Shown here: piece after piece, positions 1-11,669 of the stretch
How positions within the stretch are numbered: position 1 is the first letter of the stretch
How the letters are laid out: each line of letters starts with the position of its first letter
Assembly (NCBI GenBank): GCA_043228905.1
Contig: JBHGNT010000012.1
Span: 9,920,001 to 9,984,000 of the forward strand
Direction: 5' to 3'
Source of the DNA: Azolla caroliniana
Lineage: Eukaryota > Plantae > Polypodiophyta
DNA length: 64,000 nucleotides
The notes under the pieces: model-generated
Database searches by the model: none
What the model was told of the DNA's origin: nothing
Seen by the model: the letters and a program-made list of their open reading frames with translations, nothing else
Program-made: the position numbers and the translations under genes

Positions 1-2545
1 TTCATCCGGCAAAATCCGGATGGTCTGGTTTGCATCCTACTTTATGTTGATGATTTAGTCATCACCAAACCCGAACTCAATGAAATCGGTCGAGTAAAGT
101 CCCAATTGGCGGACGCATTTGAAATGAAGGACCTGGGGGACCTTCATTATTTTCTTGGGATCGAGGTGATCCAAACCCCCCATGGCATATTGCTCTCACA
201 ACGACACTATGTGTTGAATATGATGTACAAGTTCGGCATGACGGAATGCCGACCTGTCTCCACACCCTTGGACTGGAACCAGAAGCTCCGTCTCAACTCC
301 GACAAATTTTCAGAAGCCTAATATACTTGATAATCACCCGACCCGATATCAGTTATCCGGTCGGTGTGATCAGCCATTTCATGCAAAAGCCAACCGTGGA
401 GCACCTTCAGTGCGCGCATCGAATATTGTGGTATGTGAGCGGCACGAAGGACCGGGGACCATTATACCGGCATGGTATAACCGAAGAGCTAGTCTGATAT
501 ATAGATTCTGAGTGGGCCGGTGATGCATCAGATTGCCGATCCACCTTCGGTTACATGTTTTCTCTAGGTAGCGCGGTTGTTGCATGGAGCAGCAAAAAGG
601 AGCCAACAGTGGCACTGAGGCTGACTATCGGGGCACTACCAATGCCACCTGTGAAGCCATCTGGCTTCGGAGACTGCTCCGAGATCTCCGGATCGAGGTG
701 CCGACCCCGATCTTAATCTACTACGACAACATGAGCAACATACAGCTTGCCAAGAACCCTGTGTCCATGCTCAGACGAAGCACATAGAAGTCCACTATCA
801 GTTTCTGCATGAGCAGGTTTAGGTTTAGACAGATCGGCAAGTTGCTGATATCTTCACCAAACTGCTCGGATCGGACAAGTTGCAGCACTTCACCGAAATG
901 CTTGGTGTTCAGCATCTCGACGTGCCGCAGTTGAGGGGGAGAAAAGGAAAGGGAATGGATGGCACCAGACAAGGAGCTGGAGAGGAAGAAAGAACCACCA
1001 AAGAGGTAGACAAGAGGAATAATGAAGGTGAGTCAACGAAGGAACTTGGCACATCCGAACAAGTCAGAACGAGCGGCAAGAAGGGCAGAGACGACTAGAA
1101 GCCGAAGGCTAAGACCCGGACATGGTCTGATATGGTAAAGGGCCTGAAACCGGAAAATGAGTTGGAGAACACCGACTCGGACAAGAGCCAGAACGAATCG
1201 GGAGCGACCGATAAAGACAAGAGCTAGAACGAATCAAAGGAAACTGATTCGGTTCAAGATTCGGAGAAGCCGGATGACTAAAGGCCAAGCGAACACGGAC
1301 GCAGCAGAAGTCGACGCTAACACGAAGGAACCGATGGGTCGACAAGCGCCGGAGTCACTGCAGCGAGGGAACTGAAATGGGCCGGTTGAGCAGTCAAGTT
1401 GACCGAGGCGGTCGAGGCACGCAGTACCTGACAGGTTGCGGGAAGATGAATCGGACCGGATGAGAAGCGCAAGCAAGGCGTGGCGACGCCAGAAGGAGTC
1501 AGGTGGAAGGACCTTCTGCCACGGACACTAACACCATGATCTGACCTCGAGTTGAGCTTGAGGGGGAGTGTTGAGCAAGCAAGCTCAACCGGATCCGGAT
1601 CGGCTAAAGAAGCCTGAGCCGGATTAGCATTCGAAAGGATAAGCCGGATCGGTATTCGGATGGTATCCAGACGAGAAGCGCGAGGAAGCCTTGACGAAGC
1701 CAGAAGGAGTTAGGTGGAAGGATCGGCTGCCACGGGCACGCAGTACCTGACAGGTCGCGGGAAGATGAACTGGACCGGATGAGAAGCGCGAGCAAGGCGT
1801 GACGACGCCAGAAGGAGTCAGGTGGAAGGATCGGCTGCCACGGACACTAACACCATGATCTAACCTCGAGTTGAGCTTGAGGGGGAGTGTTGAGCAAGCA
1901 AGCTCAACCGGATCCGGATCAGCTAAAGAAGCTTGAGCCGGATTAGCATTCGAAAGGATAAGCCGGATCGGTATTCGGATGGTATCCAGACGAGAAGCGC
2001 GAGGAAGCCTTGACGAAGCCAGAAGGCGTTAGGTGGAAGGATCGGCTGCCACGGACACTAACACTATGATCCGACCTCGATTTGAGCTTAAGGGGGAGTG
2101 TTGAGAGGGAAAGCTCAACCGGATCCAGATCGGCTGAAGAAGCCTAGACCGGATTGGCACCCAGAAGGATGAGCCGGATCAATATTCGGAAACAACCAGC
2201 CAGATCGGGGAGATGGATCTGAGAGCCGGACTCAAGCAAGAACCGAAAGCCTAGTAGTAGCCTAGACTACTAGGTAATCATTGTCTTGTATTTATTGTCA
2301 GTCGCACGTAGGAATATGGAACTGCTCGTAGGTACTTCTGTCAGTCCTTTATGGACTTGTATAAATAGTGTTGTTTAGCATGTTCTAAGTACAGAGTTGT
2401 AGAGTTATTTTGAAAAACGTTTACGTTCTACTCTCCTGTGTATAATCTCTCTGTGTATTAAGCTTTTCCATTAAACCTCTTATTTTCTGTTCCTATATGA
2501 CGGAGAGCTGGTTCTGTCTCACGCTTCCGCACGTTTACATTTACA
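1..2545 (+). mobile_element. 3' part of a degenerate Ty1/copia element (RT-RNaseH remnant, 3'UTR, PPT, 3' LTR 2099-2545)
   Basis: Frameshifted copia RT motifs (LYVDDL at the window start, [38 protein letters not shown]). PPT AGGGGGAG precedes TGTTGAG at 2099; LTR ends TTTACA at about 2545. Confidence 0.9.
1417..2105 (+). repeat. 319-bp tandem duplication of the PPT/LTR-start region (three PPT-TG junctions)
   Basis: GAGCTT(G/A)AGGGGGAG|TGTTGAG occurs with TG at 1569, 1888 and 2099. 1417-1735 is near-identical to 1736-2054. Confidence 0.85.
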
Positions 2546-2685
2546 TGAACCTTTGTTGGGGATGGTTGGTCGTAGTTTGTTGCTCAAATTAAATTGTTAT
2601 CGTTCTTGGTTTTTGCAACCAACTTCCTATCTCAAATCCATTTGGATTCAATGCATTTTCCATGTTCTCATACAATCACTTTTGG

Positions 2686-2757
2686 TGCGGTTGCTGGGAT
2701 TCGAGCCCAGGTCTCCACGACCACAACGTGGAATTCTAACCACTAAATTATAGCCAC
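2686..2757 (-). tRNA. tRNA-His(GTG), degenerate copy
   Basis: Reverse complement GTGGCTATAATTTAGTGGTTAGAATTCCACGTTGTGGTCGTGGAGACCTGGGCTCGAATCCCAGCAACCGCA matches plant cytosolic tRNA-His, with two acceptor-stem mismatches. Confidence 0.8.
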
Positions 2758-3437
2758 GGAGTTGACTTCCTATGTTGCGTGAAAAAATTCATGTACACAA
2801 TCTACATGACATATGACGCAAGTCTCCATAAAGCCATGGACAAATACATGTGCACATTCTATATGAAATAGGAGCCATGATTGCACTCGTCACAACATTT
2901 TGCAATTGGGGAAATGATAACTAAGTATATGCCAACTTCATACCCTACCGAATTCAAAATCTAACAATTTTCGCACATGAATGTATAGTGAATTTCGGGG
3001 CCTTGAATGGGGATACATGCGCAATTCTTGACTGCGACGACGTCGAATTTTAACCACTGAGTCGATTTCTTTGCTCAAATTAATTATTATTGGTGTTTGC
3101 ATTTGCAAACACAAATTTCATGTACACATTCGATACGTAATATGGGTCAAGGCCCTCCGATAACAATGTATAATGCCAAGCTCATTGTTTGTCGAGCTTA
3201 GGTCTCCATGACCATAACATGGACTTCTAACCACTAAAGTACAACCATTAAATGCTTTTCAATTGAAAACAATCTTGACTGGGACGAACATTTGAAAGGA
3301 ACCTTTGTTGGGGATGGTTGGTCGTAGTGTTTTGGTGAAATTAAATTATTATGGTTCTTGGTTTTTGCAACCAACTTCCTATCTCAAATCCATTGGGATT
3401 CGACGAATTTTACAAGTTGATATAGAATCACTTTTGG

Positions 3438-3509
3438 TGTGGTTGCTGGGATTCGAGCCCAAGTCTCCACATCCACAACGTGGAATTCTAACCACTAAAT
3501 TACAACCAC
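3438..3509 (-). tRNA. tRNA-His(GTG) copy
   Basis: Same consensus; acceptor stem GTGGTTG/CAACCAC is fully paired and the GTG anticodon is intact. Confidence 0.8.
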
Positions 3510-4147
3510 GGAGTTTGTGTTGCCAAATTGGATCAAAGTTTTCAGAACCGCAACATGGAGTTGTAACCACTAAGTACTGGCTTCCCATGTTGCATGCATA
3601 AATTCATAGGTACACTCTATATAACATATTAGGGATGTTTTCATAAAGGCATCCATAAATATGGACTTCTAATCACTAAGAGTTGACTTCTTATGTGGCG
3701 TGAATAAATTCATGTACACAATCTATATGACATATGATGCAAGTCTTGATAAAGCCATGGACTAATACATGTGCACATTCTATATGAAATATGAGCCAAG
3801 ATTGCACTTGTCAAATTATTGTGCAATGTGGAAAATGAAAACTAATGATATTCCAACCAATGAAAATTATTGGTCAAATTATTTATTATGGTTTTTTGCA
3901 TTTGCAAACACAAATCCATGTACATATTCGATACATAATATGGGCTAGTACAGCCATCAAATGCTTTTCAATTGAAAACAATCTTGTTTGGGACGAAAAT
4001 TTCTAAAGGAACCTTTGTTGGGGATGGTTGGTCATAGTTTTTTGCTCAAATTAAATTGTTATGGTTCTTGGTATTTGCAACCAACTTCCTATCTCAAATC
4101 CATTGGGATTCAAAGTATTTTACAAGTTGATATAGACTCACTTTTGG

Positions 4148-4219
4148 TGAGGTTGCTAGGATTCGAGCCCAAGTCTCCACGACCACAATGTGGAATTCTA
4201 ACCACTAAACTATAACCAC
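4148..4219 (-). tRNA. tRNA-His(GTG), degenerate copy
   Basis: Same consensus with stem mismatches. Confidence 0.75.
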
Positions 4220-4339
4220 GGAGTTTGTGCTACCAAATTGGAACAAAGTCTTGATAACCGCAATATGGAGTTGTAACCCTTAAGTACTGCCTTCCCAGGT
4301 TGCATGCATAAATTCATAGCTACACTCTATATAACATAT

Positions 4340-4830
4340 TGTGGTATTACCAAGGATTCTATCCAAGGCTCCACCTAACTAGGGTCACATTGACCACACC
4401 CAAATTAGGCACCCAACTAGCCCCCATAATTCGAAGTACTAATAGGAGCGGGAAAACACCCACCACGCTAAGAGTAGCCTATAAGATGTAACTTAGAATG
4501 TAATGGAAAGGGAGCTATTTTGAGAGCATTTCACATCTTGGTGGAGAAGACGGGCAAAGCAGCCCTAACTCACAACCCCAAAAACACACGCCACGAGGCA
4601 TCATGACAACAACAGCGGCAACACAAACTCCATGAATCCAGAATTCCTACAACAACAAACTCAAGAACATCCGCGCACATCGCCAATCGACCAATTGGTT
4701 CAGGCCCTGTCCAACATTATTTTACAAGTTAACCATACTAATGAAGCCATGTTGACATCCCGCTCAGCACCATCCGAGCCACAACAGAATCTCCCGGACA
4801 CTCAAGTTTGCCCAAAACCATTCTTCTAGA
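4340..4830 (+). mobile_element. Truncated LTR-element 5' fragment (short LTR ~4340-4535, PBS, gag start)
   Basis: TG..CA-bounded segment, then TCT TGGTGGAGAAGACGGGCA (resembles a tRNA-Ala PBS) and a short gag-like ORF (MNPEFLQQQ...). Confidence 0.5.
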
Positions 4831-5071
4831 CCCTCATGAAATAACTACTATGTTATCCTTGTACAAAAGAGGGCCATAAATTTTTTTAATTGTGTCCTTT
4901 GTTCGACCCAGTGCTTGCATTGCTCATTGATGTGCTTAACATTGTTGCCCAAACACCGAAATTGACACCACTTAAAATATCACTCTCTTTCTTAACACTC
5001 TTTTTTAACTTTATTGCACATTGATATGCTTAACATTGTTGCCCAGACACTATTTTGCATTTTTATCAATG

Positions 5072-5174
5072 GTGGAGGAACCACACCAATCCATCTCGAA
5101 CTTGGTGGTGAAACTCTACCGCGGTAACGATACTGCAGGGGGGGCTCTGCGGAAAAATAGCTCGATGCTAGGAT
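5072..5174 (+). rRNA. rrn5: Plastid 5S rRNA, 5'-truncated (NUPT copy)
   Basis: GAGGAACCACACCAATCCATC..GAACTTGGTGGTGAAACTCTAC..GCGGAAAAATAGCTCGATGCTAGGAT matches plastid 5S rRNA. Confidence 0.9.
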
Positions 5175-5436
5175 GAAAGAAAATAGATGAAACAAAATAC
5201 TGAATGCCCTTCGTTGTTGTGATGGTCGTCTCCACCGAGAACCTCATCTAGCATATCCTTCCTTTACTACTCACTTAGTGAGAGAAAAGTACTCTACTTC
5301 CCTCCGAGGGGGAATCCTAGGCGCATTCCCACCAACCCAGAATGGATGGAGAGATTCAAAGAAAAAAAAAGAAAAGGTTGGTTCTATTCCAGTCTATTTC
5401 AGAGAAGTGGTCCCCGAAACGGATCCAGTGGAGGCG

Positions 5437-5510
5437 GGGCCTGTAGCTCAGGGGATTAGAGCACGTGGCTACGAACCACGGTGTCGGGGGTTCGAATCCC
5501 TCCTCGCCCA
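5437..5510 (+). tRNA. trnR-ACG: Plastid tRNA-Arg(ACG) (NUPT copy)
   Basis: GGGCCTGTAGCTCAG..CACGTGGCTACGAACCACGG..GGTTCGAATCCCTCCTCGCCCA. Confidence 0.95.
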
Positions 5511-6556
5511 CAAGAAACCAATCATCCCCGAAATGTCCCTTATATCCTGGGTGGGAGTCGACGTTTAATTTCTTCTCGGGTGTGGACCAAAGGAAGAAAG
5601 CTGAGCAGAGCTTGATCCCCGATTCGATTCATCAGTGATTGACCACAATAGAAAGAAGAGATAGGGGCTTTATATTCATCTATTTTTAGATGAAACTTTA
5701 ACACTTATTAGAAAGATTGTAATTAATGAGGATTGCAAGTATCTGGTGGTTTCTCACCAGACACCAGAGGGGGGTTGATGATATTTTCGGTCCTTCACCC
5801 GTTCACGTCCTCATGTCCAAAAAGCTCTAACTACATAGAATTTGACAGTCCATCTTACGTTCATGTTTTCTTTTCTTGTAGTACGAATAGTTCATTCAAT
5901 TCTACGGATACACATACGTGCCTGTTAAACAAAGCCGAACCGACACCGAAATTCCATTTTTTCCTTCCCAAATCGACTGGAAGGCTCTCTTCGGGTTTGG
6001 GGAAAGCCCCTGGACTTTCTCCATCACTCACTCGTTGCCTCTCCGCGGCAAGACCTTCATTTATCCTGCCCGAAAATATTCTATGGGATTTGATTCCCTC
6101 CTCGCCTACAATCAATCATTCCCAAGGGGGTTATCAATCAATTCTCTCTCCTTGCATAGGATTTTCTCACGATCTAACAAGCAAGCCCACGCCTCTCTCG
6201 CGAGTAAATCTTTTCTTCGGAATAGTAGTACCGATGAAGAAAAAGCCTTTTTTCCGCCTAGATACTTAGGATGTAGCAGCATGGGCCCCGATCGTGGCTC
6301 GTGCGGAAAAGTACTTATATCTCCTCCGGGATGGGCGAGTGATCGTCCTCCCAGCAAGCGAGCGATTCTGGGTGCGAAGACGCAAAAACGAGCCAATGGG
6401 AGAATATCAGGATCGATTCCCGAAGAAGATATAAAAGGTTTCGTCGCATTGTTGCGTTGCAGAAGCAGACTAGTTGGGACGATTGCTTTTCATACAAACA
6501 AATCTTTTTTTTGTGTATAATTGATATTACTTATCAATATACTAGTAATGGATATA

Positions 6557-6630
6557 GCATCCATGGCTGAACGGTTAAAGCACCCAACTCATAATTGGCG
6601 AATTCACAGGTTCAACTCCTGTTGGATGCA
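6557..6630 (+). tRNA. trnI-CAU: Plastid tRNA-Ile(CAU) (NUPT copy)
   Basis: GCATCCATGGCTGAA..CCCAACTCATAATTGGCG..GGTTCAACTCCTGTTGGATGCA, directly upstream of rpl23. Confidence 0.92.
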
Positions 6631-6790
6631 AACAGAAAAAAAGAAAGTAAGAATAGTAGATATAGAAATATTCTAGAATAGAATAATTAGATAAAATTAA
6701 TGTGTATTTTTAACCTTTTCAATTTTGTAGACTATACAGGAACTATTAAAGGAGAGAAAAAGAGAATAAAGGAACGGCAAGGGAGATACT

Positions 6791-6901
6791 ACGGATAAAT
6801 TGAAAAATCAAGTACTTACTGGGAAATCTATTCGTTTGTTACAGAACAACCAATACACTTTTGATGTAGATCCAGAAATAACAAAGGTTGAGATGAAGAA
6901 G
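6791..6901 (+). pseudogene. rpl23: 5' fragment of plastid ribosomal protein L23
   Basis: ACG-DKLKNQVLTGKSIRLLQNNQYTFDVDPEITKVEMKK, preceded by an SD-like GGAG; truncated at the NUPT end. Confidence 0.88.
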
Positions 6902-6957
6902 TAACACTCTTTTGCAACTGTATCAAGTGTGAAGTCTTTTGATGTCATCAAATCATC

Positions 6958-7037
6958 GACAATTTGGCCGAGTGATCTAAGGCAATGGATTTAGGCTCTG
7001 ATACAAAAGGGCGTGGGTTCAAATCACACCGTTGTCA
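6958..7037 (+). tRNA. tRNA-Leu(TAG) degenerate copy 1
   Basis: GACAATTTGGCCGAGTG..TAAGGC..ATTTAGGCTC..GGGCGTGGGTTCAAATC..TTGTCA matches plant cytosolic tRNA-Leu(TAG). Confidence 0.75.
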
Positions 7038-7266
7038 TTAGTGGATTGAAACAATCTAGCATTACCAAACTTTCCATGGAACAACTATTACATTATTCTT
7101 CTCCAAAACAGGGGCATAGAAAACTTTTTTTGTCTTCGACCTAGTGTTTGCATTACACATTGTTCCCCACCCATTGAAAATTGACACCACTTCAAATATC
7201 CCTTGGTTTTTTTGCACTCTTATGCCTTTTTATGAATGATGTACTTCTTTTGATGTTGTCACCATC

Positions 7267-7346
7267 GACAATTTGGTCATGTGGTGTAAGGCTTTGGATT
7301 TAGGCTCCAATACAAAAGCGCATGGGTTCAAATCCCACAGTTGTCA
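7267..7346 (+). tRNA. tRNA-Leu(TAG) degenerate copy 2
   Basis: Same consensus, TTTAGG anticodon loop. Confidence 0.75.
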
Positions 7347-7597
7347 TTAGTGGATTGAAACAATCTAGCATTACCACACTTTTCATGGAACAACTATTAC
7401 GTTATTCTTTTCCGAAACAGGGCCGTAGAAAACTTTAAACATATTCTTTCTTCCACTTAGTGCTTGTATTACACATTTTGTGCTTAACATTGTTGCCGAC
7501 CCACTAAAATTGACACCACTTCAAATATCTCTCTCTTTTCTAACACTCTTTTGCAACTTTCTCGAGTGTGCACATGTTTTGATGTCATCAACACAGT

Positions 7598-7673
7598 GAC
7601 AATTTGGCTGAGTGGTCTAAGGCGTTGGAGGCTCCAATTCGAAAGGGCGTGGGTTCAAATCCCACAGTTTTCA
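7598..7673 (+). pseudogene. tRNA-Leu pseudogene copy 3 (anticodon loop deleted)
   Basis: Same consensus but about 4 nt of the anticodon loop are missing. Confidence 0.75.
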
Positions 7674-8018
7674 TAGGGAATTAAAATAATTTAGCATTAC
7701 CAAACATTTCATGAAATAACTACTACGTTATTCTTGTACAAAATAGGGCGCTAGAAAACATTAAACATATTCTATTCTTGTACAAAATAGGGCGCTAGAA
7801 AACTTTAAACACATTCCTTCTTAGATAAATAGGGCGCTAGAAAACATTAAACATATTCTATTCTTGTACAAAATAGGGCGCTAGAAAACTTTAAACACAT
7901 TCCTTCTTAGATCTAGTGCATGCATTGCAGATTGTTGCCTAGTGAAAACGTCAGTCTCTATTTTAACACTCTTTTGCAATTTTATTAAATGTGCAGTTCT
8001 TTTAATGTCGTCAACCCC

Positions 8019-8098
8019 GACAATTTGGTCGACTGGTCTAAGGTGTTGGATTTAGGTTCCAATACAAAAGGGCGTGGGTTCAAATCCCACAGTTGTCA
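8019..8098 (+). tRNA. tRNA-Leu(TAG) degenerate copy 4
   Basis: Same consensus. Confidence 0.75.
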
Positions 8099-8349
8099 TT
8101 AGTGGATTGAAACAATCCGTTATTACCAAACTTTTCATGGAACAATTATTACATTATTCTTCTCCAAAACAAGGTTGTACAAAACATTAAACATATTCTT
8201 TCTTTGACCTAGTGCTTGCATTACAGATTGTGTGCTTAACATTGTTGCCCACCCACTGAAATTGACACCACTTCAAATATTATTGTCTTTTTTTACACTC
8301 TTATGCAATTTTATCAATGATGTATTTCTCTCGATGTCATAAACACATT

Positions 8350-8429
8350 GACAATGTGTCCAAGTGGTTTAAGGCATTAGATTTAGTCTCTATTTCGAAA
8401 TGGCAATGGTTCGAATCCCACAGTTAACA
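8350..8429 (+). pseudogene. tRNA-Leu(TAG) pseudogene copy 5
   Basis: Heavily substituted copy of the same consensus. Confidence 0.65.
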
Positions 8430-8637
8430 TTACCGAATTGAAATAATCTGGCATTTCATGAAATAACTACTACGTTATTCTTGTATTCCTTCTTAGACAT
8501 AGTGCTTGCATTGCACGTTGATGTGCTTAAAACTTTTACCCAACGACCTAAATTGAAAACACTTAAATTATCACTTTCTATTTTTACACTCTTTTGCACT
8601 TTTATCAAGTGTGAAATTCTTGATGTAGTCAACATAT

Positions 8638-8717
8638 CAACATTTGGCCGAGTGGTGTAAGGCGTTGGATTTAGGCTACAATTCGAATGGGTGTGGGTTC
8701 AAATCCTGCAGTTGTCA
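8638..8717 (+). tRNA. tRNA-Leu(TAG) degenerate copy 6
   Basis: Same consensus, TTTAGG loop. Confidence 0.72.
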
Positions 8718-10473
8718 TTAGTGGATTGAAGCAATCTAGCATTTCCAAACTTTTCATGGAACAATTATTACGTTATTCTTCTAAAAAACAAGGCCGTAGA
8801 AAACTTTAAACATATTTTTTCTTCGACCTAGTGCTTGCATTACATGAATTGGGTCAACCTCGACTATTTACCCTCTCACAATAGAAGACATTGAGTCAAC
8901 TGCTTCACTTGCAGTCATTTGCCCATTGTTGTTCGAGTTCTTGGTTGCTCACTGTTGGACGGCAAGGCAAAAGGACCGATTAGAGTCCAGAATGTAACAG
9001 GGGTATTTAATTAAGAATAGGGAGTTGAAATTAATAAGTACTATGTTATTTTGAGAATTAATAAGTATTATGAGAAGCGGACGGACGAACCCAGAATCGG
9101 TATGCCGATTTGGATCCGGACCAGATCGTTGCTGGTTGCTGGTTAGCACAGGTTTGCAACTTAGTTGGAGACCTATAAAAAGACCCGACAAGAATGTAAT
9201 CAACGACGGATAATTAATAGAAGTGTTGTTGTCTATCTGGTTACCGTCCTGTGCTTAATATAATTAATCTTACGCGTGTGTTATGACTAATTAAGAGTGT
9301 CGGTTAGTAACTGGTTAAGACCCATTCGATACTATGGTCTATCCATATCTCCCCGTACCATCCTTTGGTGAAGTGTTCCATAGGGACACCATGTGTTAGG
9401 GCTTGTCCAGCCTAAGGGATAACACATGTTACGGGCATGACCATATAATATCCCGTGGTGATAATTTACCGTAGTATTCTATACACGTGGATAAGTGTCA
9501 AGGTTAAACGAGAGTGTAAAGAAGGGGACCATTACTTTTAATCCTCGGAATTGAGGCAACCCATTAGGCCAAGTGTGAACTTGCTTGGGGGCCTTGGGTA
9601 TCGCTATAAATAAGAGGCCTAGCTACCCTCATTTCATCATCTTATTGACTACATGATGACTCTGGTTTGTGGTGGGTCAACTCTTGTAGTGAGTGCGCCA
9701 GCACCAGGTACGACTCGACGCCATGACGGTGGTATGGGACGTCGATCGAGGCTCGAGGCTGTCTTGATCCCTTCTTTCTCTCTCTCCTTTCTATTTATCT
9801 ATCTATATTATATCCTTATCTAATGCTTACATTAGTTCATGTCTCTAATAGTTGGTATCTGAGCTCATGTTCTAATGTTTCTTTTGTGGGTTTTGTCTTC
9901 TTGATGGATGGTGATTGACCTTGTTCCAAATAGCAATCAACAAAGGAACTTCGGTAATCTTTCTTGTTTTTTCTATTCTTTCTTCTCCCAATTTAATCAT
10001 GTGTATGGTTAATATGTACTTTTTTTTATATATATTCAATGGTGTTGAAGTGGTAATTAATTGGTTGTATGAAACGTTTACATATGTGTATGAGGTCAAT
10101 ACCTCATTTGACATATATTAAATATGTGATTAGTGTCGTATGCGGACGAGGTTAATACCTCAATTGTGTATTACGCTCACATACATATGTTACGTATGCG
10201 TATGAGGTAAATACCTCGATTTCATTGTAAATGATATGCGTTTGGTGTCGTATACGTATGAGGTCAATACCTCAATTGCGTATTACGATTAACCCTTAAT
10301 TTTGGATGTTTCCTATGCGTAGAGGCTACATGCCTCGATTACGTATCTCGATTACATCATTTCTGGCTATTTGATGTAACGATTTGTTTATTGTACGCAT
10401 ATGTGATCATGTGTATACGTATTTGATCATATATATGTGATAAGTAAACATACGTGTATATTTGATATTACGT

Positions 10474-11669
10474 TGTCGTATGGTTTTTCACACACAATAT
10501 GAAAACTACTAAACTAATTATTTACGATTAGCTTAATATATGGATATGGAAAGATAGATGTGTTCAAGAGCTTCATAATGTATTTTACTACGCATAAAAC
10601 GGATAAACAAGTATCAAGTTATGTGAGTGTGAAGTTTGAAGAAAAGAAAAGAAAAAACAAAACTGTGAGATATCCCACATAGATAGGACAACATTGGAAC
10701 CCAGAATATGTAAGGGAAACTAAAACATATTCATTCTATTAATGTGTGGAGCATAGAAAGGTCAAGGTGACTTGGGCTACACTATGTGGTGTGCACGCTT
10801 TGGGCGTACGCGCGGACTGCGTGGACGTTTTCGAACGTATGCGCGCATGGACGTCTTCGGATGTATGCGCGTGTGCAAGTTTCGGGCGTACGCGTGGACG
10901 TTTCGGACGGACGCGTATGTACGGACGAGCGTGTGTGTGCGCACGCATGCATGTGTGGATGCGTACACTACGACACGGTCGGGACTTTTGCGCGCGGACT
11001 CGTCTACGGTTTGGTTACGACGCATGTACGGATTGCGCACGGGCTAAACTCTATGGATGATTGTGTCATTTGGCCGAATTATACGGACAATCGCATGCAA
11101 CCAAAAGCCAAGGCCATACAACTAAAAGTAAAAGGCATGCATCTAAAAAGGGAAGCATGCAACTAAAAACAGAGGCCATGCAACTAAAAATAGTGGCCAT
11201 CCAACTAAAAGTGGGCATGCAAAGTAACATTGGGGAGGAGGATCAACGAGGAGCTCCATATATGTCCCATTTTTTTACCTCCTAGTATTTTTCTTCCCCC
11301 TTCTTTCTTCTTCCCTCTCGGATTCGAGAAACAAATTATCTCACATATTGATATCAAACTCCTAGCTTTGTTTACTTGATCTTTCTTGTCAAAAATTATC
11401 TCTCGTATTCATATCCAGGCACTCCTTGCATGGTTGTTGGCTCCTTTCTTTGAAAAATTAATCTCTCATTTCCATACCCAACCCATTGTAACACAATTCG
11501 GAAATTATAAAGAATCGATTTTCTTTTGCAATAAACTAATGATTTGTCTCTCCCACTTGTCTTATGCTTAAAACTTGCTTTTGTTGTACATGTTGCTCTA
11601 AATCCTTCTAGTCCAGAACCCCAGCGGTTTCGTCTCACGATCCGCACATAGTGACGGATTTTCACGACA
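10474..11669. mobile_element. Solo LTR inserted in the G1a 5'UTR, 4-bp TSD ACGT
   Basis: TGTCGT...ACGACA termini with ACGT on both sides. The segment is absent from sister copy G1b, where the site reads TTATTACGTGATT. Includes CpG-rich repeats at 10780-11050. Confidence 0.8.

Larger units (their letters stand above)
2546..4339 (-). repeat. tRNA-His-derived satellite (about 710-750 bp unit)
   Basis: Units beginning AACCTTTGTTGGGGATGGTTGGTC recur at about 2548, 3300 and 4010. Each has a full tRNA-His plus degenerate tRNA-His fragments (e.g. 3190-3247, 3530-3580). Confidence 0.85.
5071..6901 (+). other. Nuclear plastid DNA insertion (NUPT)
   Basis: Contains plastid-type rrn5, trnR-ACG, trnI-CAU and 5' rpl23, with abrupt junctions to the satellite on both sides. 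Confidence 0.92.
4830..8845 (+). repeat. tRNA-Leu(TAG) satellite (about 290-420 bp unit), interrupted by plastid DNA
   Basis: Shared flanks (CTAGTGCTTGCATT..., AAATTGACACCACTT..., ACACTCTTTTGCAA) recur at 4830-5070 and 6902-8845 around six tRNA-Leu copies. Confidence 0.85.

Noticed and set aside
2553-4215. Repeated small ORFs (MLGMVGRS...)
   Set aside because: They are antisense translations of the tRNA-His satellite.
5071-6901. Genuine plastid genome sequence
   Set aside because: rrn5 and rpl23 are truncated and flanked by nuclear satellite.
10739-11166. Overlapping ORFs in multiple frames on both strands
   Set aside because: Artefact of a stop-poor CG/TG-rich repeat within a solo LTR.
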